Below, in pieces: positions 26,205 through 38,427 of a stretch of DNA of 64,000 bases. Both the position numbers and the translations under genes were made by a program. The stretch lies in assembly GCF_003918875.1 (NCBI RefSeq), contig NW_025767126.1, positions 682,001 through 746,000 of the forward strand. The letters run 5' to 3'. Each line of letters begins with the position of its first letter. The stretch's first letter is position 1. The notes beneath the pieces were generated by a model. It worked only from the letters and a program-made list of their open reading frames with translations, had not been told where the DNA came from and ran no database searches. The DNA comes from Haliotis rubra (lineage: Eukaryota).

Positions 26205-27320
26205 CACACAAATGCTGACGCATGACACAGTCACACGACACAGACATCACAGATACGACACAGACAACGGCACAGACACAAGGACACACGACACAGGACA
26301 CACACACAGACATGATACACACAGACATACACACAGTCACATGACACAGACACGACACAGTCATCATATATATCACACAGATGACACAGGCAGACACAGG
26401 CGTTCACGACACAGTCATGATATACATGACACGACATGGTACAGACACAGTCATGATATACATGACACAGACATGACATCATCAGCACATTACAGCGCGA
26501 CACAGACATGACACAGATATGACACACACAGACACGACACAGACATGACATACATGACACACAGACACGACACAGTCATCACGACACAGTATATATCACA
26601 CAACACGACACAGGCACACAGACACGACACAGGCATCACACAGACACGACACAGACACGACACAGTCATGATATACATGACACAGACACGACACAGTCAT
26701 CATATATATCACACAGATCACACAGGCGGACATCACACAGACACGACACAGTCATGACACATGACACAGGCACGACACAGGCATGACAAACACGACACAG
26801 TCATGATATACATGACACAGACACGACACAGGCATTACACAGACATGACACAGATACGACACATACAAGACACGACGCAGACACGACACCGACAAGACAC
26901 AAACACGACACAGACACGACACAGTCATGATATACATGACACAGACACGACACAGACATAACCACAGACATGACACAGATACGACACAGACAAGACACGA
27001 TACAGACACGACACAGTCATGACACAAACACGACACAAACAAGACACGACACAGACATGACACAGGCACGACACAGACATGACACAGATACGACACAGAC
27101 ATGACACAACACGACGCAGACACGACACAGTCATGACACAAAAACGACACAGACACGACACAGGCCTGACACGACACAGTCATGACATACATGACACAGA
27201 CACAACACAAACACGACACGGGCATGACGCAGACAAGACACAGTCATGACAAAGACAGACACAGACATGACCTAGACACGACACAGACATGACACAGACA
27301 CGACACAGAGACGACACAGA
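26205..27320. repeat. Complex low-complexity satellite built from gacac / acacagacacg / catgacacag units
   Basis: Directly visible; source of the Cys/Val- and Thr/His/Asp-rich pseudo-ORFs. Confidence 0.95.
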
Positions 27321-27949
27321 TTCCCACCTGTAATCAGATGTTTGGGCTCAGGTAAACACATAATGAGCATGGCAACGAGTTTAACCACTGATGCAGATTT
27401 GATTTTAAATGCCACTTCAGTCGCGTATCACTGAGGATGTGTTGCGAGCCGATGGTGCGTTAAGCTCATTAGCGCCGGGTTACATATTACTGCTTGCTGA
27501 AGAAGTGGCTCGTTACATACCTATAGCTTCACCATTTCAACACAGGTGTATGATCCGAGTCTTAACAGTGCTGGATCACTCTAACGTTAGGCGTGTGTGC
27601 ATCGACGTGAACGTTTAAGCAAATGTTTCAGTAATGTTTAAACAATATTGTAACCATGTTCAGCAATGTGTTAACCTAAACGGCGATGTTGTAGCAGTTT
27701 GCAGCAATGCTGTCGCAGGAATGGCAAGCTCTGCAGCGGTGTCCGTATAGCTGTTCTACACATTGGGAGATGTTTTAGCAGTGTTCTTTAATGTTTCAGC
27801 ATTGCTGTATCAATGTTTTCAGCTGATATAGCAGTGTTCAGTAGTGTTAAAGCAATGTTTCAGCAATGCTATTGTTTCCAACAATGTTGTTGTAGCGTTC
27901 TTTAGAGATGTTTTAGCAGTGATGTAGCAGTGTTCAGCAGTGTTAAAGC

Positions 27950-29380
27950 AATGCGTCAGCAATGCTACAGTTGTATTCAACAATGTTGTACTGGTGTTCA
28001 GCAATGCTACAGTTGTATTCAACAATGTTGTACTGGTGTTCAGCAATGCTACAGTTGTATTCAACAATGTTGTACTGGTGTTCAGCAATGCTACAGTTGT
28101 ATTCAACAATGTTGTACTGGTGTTCAGCAATGCTACAGTTGTATTCAACAATGTTGTACTGGTGTTCAGCAATGCTACAGTTGTATTCAACAATGTTGTA
28201 CTGGCGTTCAGCAATGCTACAGTTGTATTCAACAATGTTGTACTGGTGTTCAGCAATGCTACAGTTGTATTCAACAATGTTGTAATGGTGTTCAGCAATG
28301 CTACAGTTGTATTGAACAATGTTGTAATGGTGTTCAGCAATGCTACAGTTGTATTCAACAATGTTGTATTAAAAACTGGTGCGTTCAGCAATGCTACAGT
28401 GTATTAAAAATGTTGTAATGGCGTTCAGCAATTACAGTTGTATTGAACAATGTTGTACTGGTGTTCAGCAATGCTACAGTTGTATTGAACAATGTTGTAC
28501 TGGTGTTCAGCAATGCTACAGTTGTATTGAACAATGTTGTAATGGTGTTCAGCAATGCTACAGTTGTATTCAACAATGTTGTACTGGTGTTCAGCAATGC
28601 TACAGTTGTATTCAACAATGTTGTACTGGCGTTCAGCAATGCTACAGCTATTGAACAATGTTGTAATGATGTTCAGCCAGTAAACAATGTTGTACTGGTG
28701 TTCAGCAATGCTACAGTTGTATTCAACAATGTTGTACTGGTGTTCAGCAATGCTACAGTTGTATTCAACAATGTTGTACTGGCGTTCAGCAATGCTACAG
28801 TTATATTGAACAATGTTGTACTGGTGTTCAGCAATGCTACAGTTGTATTAAAAATGTTGTAATGGTGTTCAGCAATGCTACAGTTGTATTCAAAAATGTT
28901 GTACTGGTGTTCAGCAATGCTACAGTTATATTGAACAATGTTGTACTGGTGTTCAGCAATGCTACAGTTGTATTAAAAATGTTGTACTGGTGTTCAGCAA
29001 TGCTACAGTTGTATTCAAAAATGTTGTAATGGTGTTCAGCAATGCTACAGTTGTATTGAACAATGTTGTAATGGTGTTCAGCAATGCTACAGTTGTATTC
29101 AACAATGTTGTACTGGTGTTCAGCAATGCTACAGTTGTATTAAAAATGTTGTAATGGTGTTCAGCAATGCTACAGTTGTATTAAAAAATGTTGTACTGGT
29201 GTTCAGCAATGCTACAGTTATATTGAACAATGTTGTACTGGTGTTCAGCAATGCTACAGTCGTATTAAAAATGTTGTAATGGTGTTCAGCAATGCTACAG
29301 TTGTATTAAAAAATGTTGTACTGGCGTTCAGCAATGCTACAGTTATATTGAACAATGTTGTACTGGTGTTCAGCAATGTT
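27950..29380. repeat. Minisatellite, 42-bp unit (dimer of two 21-mers)
   Basis: ttcagcaatgctacagttgta + ttcaacaatgttgtactggtg; degenerate 21-mer halo ~27620-29620. Confidence 0.97.
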
Positions 29381-32300
29381 GAAGCAATGTTGAAGCATTG
29401 TGGAAGCAGTGTTCAACAATATTGTAAACGTGTTAAAAATGTTGTTCGTAGGAAGATATGACAAGTAAACTCTGTGGGAAGAGAATGGTTTCAGTAATGC
29501 AGTAGGGGGTTTGTTTTAGCGATGTTATAGCACTGTTGAGCAATGGTCAGTAATGTAAAAAGTGTTCAGCAATGTGGTAGGGGTATGTAGCAAAACATCA
29601 GTTGAGGTGTGCTCTCAAACGTTAAGCAAACCTTTCAACACAAGGAGGGTTGGGCTCTTGCAACCAATCGCAAGCCCGCGGCCAGGTATTACTTGCATGG
29701 TTATCTACAATGCACACTTGACAGAAGAAACGGAAAAACAGAGACAACAATGTCTACAAACATCCAGCTCACCCGAATCATTTCGTTTTACAGATATTTG
29801 TTAGCTCAGTTTCAAATATAATTTTGTAAACAGATTCCGTGACAAAAAGTTAATAACAGAAACATTCAAACGTACACATTAGGCATTTTTTACCAAAATG
29901 ATTTAATCTATTTCTTGTTATATCAGTCAAAAGTATTGAAAGATTGGCCGCTTCAGCGAAGTTAAATTTAAATAGAATGATAAATAATATGAAGGAAACG
30001 ATCTTAATTTCGGGACCCCGAAAGTTTTAAAAAAATGGAAAATCAGATTTATAAAAAAGGTATTTTCCTAACTATGCAAAGCAAATTACAAAACATATCT
30101 TTGCTAATTATTTAGGATAAACGTGCCTTCAAATCCTATATTCCTCTATAATTGTCTAATTTGTCTAAATGTTGAAACAAACACATGTCAATATTTACCC
30201 CAATCCTCAGTTACAACTGTTGATAATGCTGGCGGCGTGTTGATTATCAAATTAAATTTGAAACTAAAACCTTAAAGGAGAGAGAAGAATCGCTATTAAC
30301 GTTGACGTTTAAGCTTTTATTGTAAACAACGTTAAATCAGGCAGAACGATACCTCATACAGAGAAAACAGAAAATGGACCATGTTGAAAGAAAAAGCTGA
30401 CTGTATTTGACTCGCGACCCAATGCAGTTTATCTTTAAAGTTTGTCAATGTTTAGGAGCCAGGGCCCAGAACCTGCACCTTTTCTCTACTTTGATCGCAT
30501 CACTACCGTTGTTCCAATGTCCTGGAGTCTGTAAAACTACACTACAAAAATAAACACGCTGCTCGATTAGCCGGCGAGAGTTCACGCCGGATCATCCAAG
30601 ATGGCGGGTCTAGACAAACTGGAATGTATTTGTAATTGAAAGAAAACCATCAGGTTTGAAGTTATGAAACACAAGCCGCCTTTTCCGAAGCTTGGGGATG
30701 TCACTCCAGATATGAGTAATTCAAATCGCCCACCAAAACGAAAGGTGTCACAATTTTTTTCCTCCCGAGGTTCACGAGCTCTGTAGAAGTCAAAGAATTG
30801 GTAGACGCGAAAAGGTATCATTTTCAGCCACTTGGAGATGTTGTAATCACCACCAGATGGTCAGATAACCTCTCTCGTCCATTTTTCTTTTTGTCGTCTG
30901 CTCTTTCAGTCAAGCAGACGACCCGAAACTGGCGCGTCTACCAACTTTTCGCGCGTTTTGGGCTGAAACGTCGTAACAGCGGCGCCCTCGGGAATCTTCG
31001 GGGGCCGAAAACAGCAGACATCCTGGTAGTTTTATCGCAGTTTCAGCACTGTTCTTGTCTAGAATTGGCATAATAAAGTGGCAGAGAGCTACCAAGGATG
31101 ATTAGGGCTCAATTAAAGTCAATTCCTCGCTGTATCTGCTGCGTGAATCACTTTAGGGAACTTCTGTAAGAGTCTGCCTCTGGTTGACGCCAGCTTACTC
31201 TGTTTTGACTCAGCAATTGGATTACATGGTTAATTATTACACCCCTACAAACAAACGCCCGTCAAAGTACGAACAGACTTTAACTGAAGTATAATGGCGG
31301 GAGTAAAGAGGGCATATTGCTCATTAAATCAAACGTTTAGATAACAAGAATTGCTCGGAAGGGGGTCCGGGGACACAGATAGCCACGTGGGTTATAAACC
31401 CTACCCATCAAATTGCCTCACCCTCCTGCCCCACCCTCTGAGCGAATCCCAACACGTCCCCATTCTCGCAATCAAACTTCCCGTGTAGGCACCGGCGGTT
31501 TAAGGTAACGACATATCACTATTAAACATCCGACAGACGGCGGTATCACTGGCATTAAAGCCAATCTCTGGCCTCAGTTGGGAATTAATCTTTTTATTGC
31601 GGACATTTGGGACAGGCTCAATTGTTCCTTAAATCTCTATCAATTTTTGTCTGTTGGTTCCGATTTCAATGCTTCAGTAATTAGCATCGGTATAAAGTTT
31701 GATACAGTTCTCATACAGGACTAGACGGAAATATGAGTTGATTGAGGAATTAAAATCTATTAAGCGGACTGTGCTCCCGTTTACCCTTGTACCTATAGCT
31801 GTGTCTCGACACGCACAGCGTATGTCATATATGTGGTGCGTCATCGTTAATTGCTCCTTATTTGATTTTACCCACAGGATAGTCATAAAGATGATAGTCA
31901 AGACGTGGTTGATGTTCACAATATATCTAGGCACAGAAAATACCAGGTACAGTTGTTAAAGGAAGGATGTATAAAGAATGTTTAATTTCGGCCAAACGTT
32001 TACCGTTATGATGACGTTACTCGGTTGTTGTTGCAGTTGATTCTGGGAATTCACTAGCCAGTCTGAAGTAGACTGATAAGTCCCAGAAATGAGGTCATTT
32101 GAAACAGAATTATACCTACATTATAAAAATTAAATCAAAACAAAGTCGAGAACAATCCTTGACATTTAATCCCAGAAATGTAGTTATCTTATCTGAATAT
32201 ACAGTAGGTATCTACAAAATGAAAATAATGAAATCACTCGAATGTGTTGAATCGAGAAGCATTTTCAACAGATACTCATGATTACCCCAGAACCAGCTGT

Positions 32301-32624
32301 TACTTGTCATGTATAGTGATTAAATCCTACCGGAGACTGATTTAATCCAAATGAAATATCTTGTGAACACGGTAGTGAAATCTAATTGTTTCTACTTTTT
32401 TATACGTTGGGCTGAATGGGATAGTGTGTGCTTTGGAGTGCTTATGTGAGCTTGCGCTGTGGAAATGTGTCGAGGGGTGTACGTGCGCGTGTGCGTGTGC
32501 GTGTGCGTGTGCGTGTGTGATTGTGTGGAGGTTGGGATGTAAGGTCATCTAATACATATTGCAGGCTTGGAGTGTGACTCGTCCAGAACACGACTTTGTT
32601 TTACTGTTACAACAATGACGATTC

Positions 32625-33332
32625 NNNNNNNNNNNNNNNNNNNNNNNNNNNNNNNNNNNNNNNNNNNNNNNNNNNNNNNNNNNNNNNNNNNNNNNNNNNN
32701 NNNNNNNNNNNNNNNNNNNNNNNNNNNNNNNNNNNNNNNNNNNNNNNNNNNNNNNNNNNNNNNNNNNNNNNNNNNNNNNNNNNNNNNNNNNNNNNNNNNN
32801 NNNNNNNNNNNNNNNNNNNNNNNNNNNNNNNNNNNNNNNNNNNNNNNNNNNNNNNNNNNNNNNNNNNTCATCCACCACCACCACNNNNNNNNNNNNNNNN
32901 NNNNNNNNNNNNNNNNNNNNNNNNNNNNNNNNNNNNNNNNNNNNNNNNNNNNNNNNNNNNNNNNNNNNNNNNNNNNNNNNNNNNNNNNNNNNNNNNNNNN
33001 NNNNNNNNNNNNNNNNNNNNNNNNNNNNNNNNNNNNNNNNNNNNNNNNNNNNNNNNNNNNNNNNNNNNNNNNNNNNNNNNNNNNNNNNNNNNNNNNNNNN
33101 NNNNNNNNNNNNNNNNNNNNNNNNNNNNNNNNNNNNNNNNNNNNNNNNNNNNNNNNNNNNNNNNNNNNNNNNNNNNNNNNNNNNNNNNNNNNNNNNNNNN
33201 NNNNNNNNNNNNNNNNNNNNNNNNNNNNNNNNNNNNNNNNNNNNNNNNNNNNNNNNNNNNNNNNNNNNNNNNNNNNNNNNNNNNNNNNNNNNNNNNNNNN
33301 NNNNNNNNNNNNNNNNNNNNNNNNNNNNNNNN
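32625..33332. other. Assembly gaps (N) with a 17-bp island at 32868-32884
   Basis: N runs at 32625-32867 and 32885-33332. Confidence 0.95.
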
Positions 33333-33485
33333 GTAACACATTAATCACATTCTGGGTTGTTCCGAGCGTCTCATTGAAGGTTCGTTCATGTTCACGCACA
33401 GTTCTATGCGTAGGGTTCCCCGATAGTTTAAAATTACATATTTGCCAAGATCATGGCCCTGGGAGCCGTTTTACTAAACAACCTA

Positions 33486-33733
33486 GACCCGTGAAGGTCC
33501 GGGTTAGAATATTGATCTTCAGTAACCCATGCTTGTCGTACGAGGCGACTAACGGGATCGGGTGGTCAGGCTCGCTGACTTGACTGACACATGTCATCTT
33601 ATCCCAACTGCCTAGATCGATGTTCATGCTGTTGATCACTGGATTGTCTGGTCCAGACTCGATTATTTACAGACTGCGCCATACAGCTGGAATACTTGCT
33701 GAGTGTGGCGTTAAACGGCAACCAAAACCAAAT
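33486..33733 (+). mobile_element. SINE-like family B, full length
   Basis: Starts gacccgtgaaggtccgggttagaat; ends with shared tail. Confidence 0.9.
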
Positions 33734-34266
33734 CTTACTGAGACACAGCGACACTGCTGGAACACGCACATGCGCATATACAATATGACCTACTTGTACT
33801 GAGGCCCTGTAAACAAAAAGCTTGTCGCGTGTGGTACATCTGTACTTGGCAACAACAGGAAGAATAGCGATGATGCAATATTTATCATGAGTGACAGCCT
33901 CTGTAATCAATCACTCATTTCCCGACATAACGTCTTCATGTTACTCAGAGCTTTTGATATTTCATCACGTCCTTGCGGCGTCTCGAATTCGATATCATAC
34001 CATGTGTTATCCATAAAGTTGTATGCTTAATTATTGACTCACTCACCAACTAGAATGCCGATCAAACAATTACTGCAATGTCGTTTTTATTACGTATTAT
34101 TTAAGTTCTCTGTATTGATATATGATCGATATTATATACATGATTTGCATATGACAGTAAGCCTAACAATAATGATCATGATATTGCGATTATTATTGCT
34201 ATCATATTATTATTGTTGCGATATTTATCACTATTCATAACTGATATGATGTATTTATTCTCTTAA

Positions 34267-34397
34267 GGGGCGGTGGGTAGCCTAGTGGTTAAAGCATTCG
34301 CTCGTCACGCTCGTCATGTGTGAAACCCATTTCTGGTGTCCCCCCGCCGTGATATTGCTGGAATATTGCTAAAAGCGGCGTAAAACTAAACTTACTT
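34267..34397 (+). mobile_element. Family A SINE with internal deletion
   Basis: A-box and tail present, B-box region missing. Confidence 0.85.
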
Positions 34398-35228
34398 TCT
34401 TATCCTTTAAAACATAAACAAAGTTGGTTGAAATTGACATAGTTTTCGTTGCTGTTTTTTTAATGATTAACAATGTTTTTATATGATTTTTAAACACTAA
34501 GAGGTCAAGTCGTGAATGAAGTGAAGTAATGTAAGTCCTTCGTGTGTCTACCACTCAGTATTGATCAGCGCGTTGATTAAAGTGGCCGAACAGAACATCC
34601 ACCTTAACCCGAGCACATATCAACACAGAGTGATGTTTCTAAGCGCTTGAACGTGGAATGGATATCTCTCCACGTGGAAAGCGAGCATGACTAAGGTTCT
34701 ATTTTTAGACCGCTCGCGCCACGTTCGATGTTCTGGCATTCCGCCAATAACGGTCGTGGTGATGTCACGAGGCCTAATAACCGTGGCAACAGGGAAACAC
34801 TTCTCCCGCCCTTTCAACACGCATGCGACAATACCGAGATCTGCCCTGTGCATATTTCACGAAGCTATCGTTGATTACCTGCACAGGTACATCGTCAGGT
34901 AAATCACAGGTAGACAGGTAGGCAGGCCACAAGGCAGGTTGAGGATCTGTGCGATGGTGCTCTATCAAATATGACCTTGACGCGGAGAAGGATGAAATAT
35001 GAAGACAATATATGGTTGAAGCAGCTTAAGAATGTTTTATGCTGATATTAAATGGCTAGATCCTAGATTACAGATTGGTCACATGGTGCATAGATATTTA
35101 CATGCGGATTTGTAATTGTACCTGATATGGATAATAGGTGATTGGATTGATGATGGACGTTTGGGTTAAGAGGATGACTATAGGTAATGGTCGAGGTGGG
35201 TGATTTAACAGATAAATGACTGCCCGTG

Positions 35229-35632
35229 GGGTTTTGTTTATTGCTCAACACCGCAATATTCCCGTTAATATTCGTGTCTGGACCAAACGATCATGTGACT
35301 GTCATCATGATCATAGATCTACGCAATTGGGGCGGTGGGGTAGCCTAGTGGTTAAAGCGTTGGCTCGTCACGCCGAAGACCCGGGTCGAATCCCCACATG
35401 GGTACAATGTGTGAAGCCCATTTCTGGTGTCCCCCGCCGTGATGTTGCTGGAATATTGCTAAAAGCGTCGTAAAACCAAACTCAGTAAGTCAGTCAATCA
35501 GTCTACGCAATTGGTTTAGGGTGACATTTGTTTCAACTAAGGTAGAGAGCCTGACCACCCGATCCCGTTAGTCGCCTCTTACGACAAGCATGGGTTGCTG
35601 TAGACCAATTCTAACCCGAGTTTTCACGGGTT
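35229..35632 (-). mobile_element. Family B copy interrupted by a family A SINE
   Basis: Family B halves at 35229-35330 and 35502-35632. Confidence 0.78.
35331..35501 (+). mobile_element. Family A SINE nested in family B
   Basis: 13-bp TSD tctacgcaattgg at 35318-35330/35502-35514. Confidence 0.92.
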
Positions 35633-35704
35633 AGTAATTAGGCGAGATGGGGTGAGTGAGTGATTATTGCTTAACGCCGCTATTCGCGGCAATGGCGAGA
35701 AGGG

Positions 35705-35908
35705 TTGTTGGTTGGTTGGTTGGTTGGATGTTTAACGCCGCACTCAGCAATATTCCAGCTATATTGCGGCGGTCTGTAAATAATCGAGTTTGGACCAGAC
35801 AATCCAGTGTTCAAAAGCATGAGCATCGACCTACACAATCTGGATACGGTGACCCCCCATCCCATCAGTCACAAGCATAGGTTGCTGAAGACCAAATCTA
35901 ACCCGGAT
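35705..35908 (-). mobile_element. Family B copy with (ccaa)n tail
   Basis: Reverse family B body, internal deletion. Confidence 0.82.
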
Positions 35909-35909
35909 T

Positions 35910-37310
35910 GACATAGTTGATGGCAAGATGGATATAGTCGATGGCAAGATGGATATAGTTGATGGCAAGATGGACATAGTTGATAGCAAGATGGATATAG
36001 TTGATGGCAAGATGGACATAGTTGATGGCAAGATGGACATAGTTGATGGCAAGATGGACATAGTTGATAGCAAGATGGATATAGTTGATGGCAAGATGGA
36101 CATAGTTGATGGCAAGATGGATATAGTTGATAGCAAGATGGATATAGTTGATGGCAAGATGGACATAGTAGATGGCAAGATGGACATAGTTGATGGCAAG
36201 ATGGACATAGTTGATGGCAAGATGGACATAGTTGATGGCAAGATGGATATTGTTGATGGCAAGATGGATATAGTTGATGGCAAGATGGACATAGTTGAAA
36301 GATGGATGGCAAAAGACATAGTTGATAAGATGGACATAGATGGACATAGTTGATATAGCAAGATGGACATACTTGATGGCAAGATGGACAGAGTTGATTG
36401 CAAGATGGACATTGTTGATGGCAAGATGGATATAGTTGATGGCAAGATGGACATAGTTGATGGCAAGATAGACATAGTTGATGGCAAGATGGACATTGTT
36501 GATGGCAAGATGGACATAGTTGATGGCAAGATGGATAGTTGATGGCAAGATGGATATAGTTGATGGCAAGATGGATATAGTGGATAGCAATATGGATATG
36601 TTGATAGCAAGATGGATATAGTTGATGGCAAGATGGATACAGCTGATAGCAATATGGATATGTTGATAGCAGGATGGATATAGTTGATGGCAAGATGGAT
36701 ACAGCTGATAGCAAGATGGATATAGTTGATGATGGATATGTTGATAGCAAGATGGATACAGATATGGAGATGATAGATATAGTTGATAGCAAGATGGATA
36801 TAGTTGATAGCAAGATGGATATGTTGATATAGTGGATATGATAGATGGATACAGCTGATAACAATATGGATATGTTGATAGCAAGATGGATATAGTTGAT
36901 GGCAAGATGGATATAGTTGATGTCAAGATGGATATGTTGATAGCAAGATGGATATAGTTGATAGCAAGATGGATATAGTTGATGGCAAGATGGATATAGT
37001 TGATGGCAAGTGGATATAGTTGATAACAATATGGATATAGTTGAGCAATATGGATATGTTGATAGCAATATGGATATAGTTGATGGCAAGATGGATACAG
37101 CTGATATCAATATGGATATGTTGATAGCAAGATGGATATGGTTGATAGCAAGATGGATATAGTAGATAGCAAGGTGGATATAGTTGATAGCAAGATAGAT
37201 ATAGTTGATAGCAAGATGGATATAGTTGATGGCAAGATGGATACAGCTGATAGCAATATGGATATAGTTGATAGCAGGATGGATATAATTGATAGCAGGA
37301 TGGATTATTA
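35910..37310. repeat. Minisatellite, 21-bp unit (gatggcaagatggatatagtt)
   Basis: Direct tandem array with 20-bp variants. Confidence 0.97.
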
Positions 37311-37505
37311 TGTGCATAGAAGACTAGTCAGTGTGGGGTTGATCATGTGATAGATTTCAGAATGGATAAATGGTATCGAGAGAAATAACATTCATTGGTG
37401 GTTGCATAATATATGGCAAACCAACCGATTGAGATCGGATTGATTCACGGCGGGAAAGGGGACTAGGTAGATGAATAGGCGTTTAGATGATTGACCTGCA
37501 GTTAA

Positions 37506-37662
37506 GAGTGAGTGAGTTTTTCGCCACCGTTAGCAATATTCAATCAATGTCACGGCGAGGGACACCAGAAATGAGCTTCACACATTGTACCCATGTGAGG
37601 AATCGAACCCGGGTCTTTGGCGGAATGAGCAAAATGAGCCACGAGGCTGCCCCTCCGCCCCG
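37506..37662 (-). mobile_element. Family A SINE (degenerate family B follows at ~37665-37830)
   Basis: Reverse complement of family A. Confidence 0.82.
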
Positions 37663-38087
37663 ACGGACCAGCGAAGATCCGGGGCAGAAATGATCTTCAG
37701 CAACCCCTTGCTAACGGGATCGGGACTTCAGCCTCGCTGACTAGGTTGATGTATGTCATCGTACCAGTCTGGTAAACTTGGTATTTGCAGACCGCCGTCA
37801 TATAGCTGAAATATCGTAAAAACCAAAAACAAATTAGGAAAAACCCAACTAACCGGAGAGGTTGTTTTTAGCATTCGTACTCACAGAAGTGAACGTTCTC
37901 ATTCCAACTTTTAAGAAGTTAGGTTCATAAAGCTGGATAAAGTGTATCTTATTTATGTCACGCCCGTGCCATAACTCAAGGAGTTCATCTGGACCTGCTC
38001 AGAGGCCGATGGATTGCCCCAAGTCTGCCGGAAATGTCATTACTATTTCCTAGAAACGGATTGAAAACTATTCCAATTTTGTGTCAT

Positions 38088-38255
38088 ATCATCATCATCA
38101 TCATCACCCATCAACTGAGAACTTATAGAGCGCAAGAATCCAGTCAGTATAACTGCTCTAGAGCGCTTTGAGAGGATGCATGTGACATGTATCAACAATG
38201 TCCACTCGATCTAGGCGAATGTCTTTGAGAAAAGGTGGGTTTTGAGATTGGTTTT
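38088..38255 (-). mobile_element. L2-like LINE extreme 3' end
   Basis: Minus strand 38255-38211 reads KTNLKTHLFSKTFA* (L2-type LKTHLF terminus), followed by aaagcgctctagagcag...tggattcttgcgctctataag and a (gat)n tail. Confidence 0.72.
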
Positions 38256-38262
38256 AACTAAA

Positions 38263-38427
38263 CTGACTGAGTTTGATTTTTACGCCGCTTTTAGCAATAT
38301 TCCAGTAACATCACGGCGGGGGACACCAGAAATGGGCTTCACACATTGTGCTCATGTGGGGGGAATCTAACCCGGGTCTTCGGCGTGACGAGTGAACGCT
38401 TTAACCACTAGGCTACCCCACCGCCCC
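38263..38427 (-). mobile_element. Family A SINE
   Basis: 14-bp TSD tggttttaactaaa at 38249-38262/38428-38441. Confidence 0.93.

Noticed and set aside
26191-27225. Cys/Val- and His/Thr-rich ORFs
   Set aside because: Low-complexity satellite.
27819-28862. Cys/Gln-rich ORFs (QQCYSCIQQCCTGV)n resembling keratin-associated or metallothionein-like proteins
   Set aside because: Translation of the 42-bp minisatellite; stops and frameshifts among units.
32545-33583. ORFs spanning N runs (also 15058-15565 and 59363-59577)
   Set aside because: Artefacts of translating assembly gaps.
35831-37350. Longest ORFs in the track (273-482 aa)
   Set aside because: 21-bp minisatellite read-through; frame switches with 20-bp variants.
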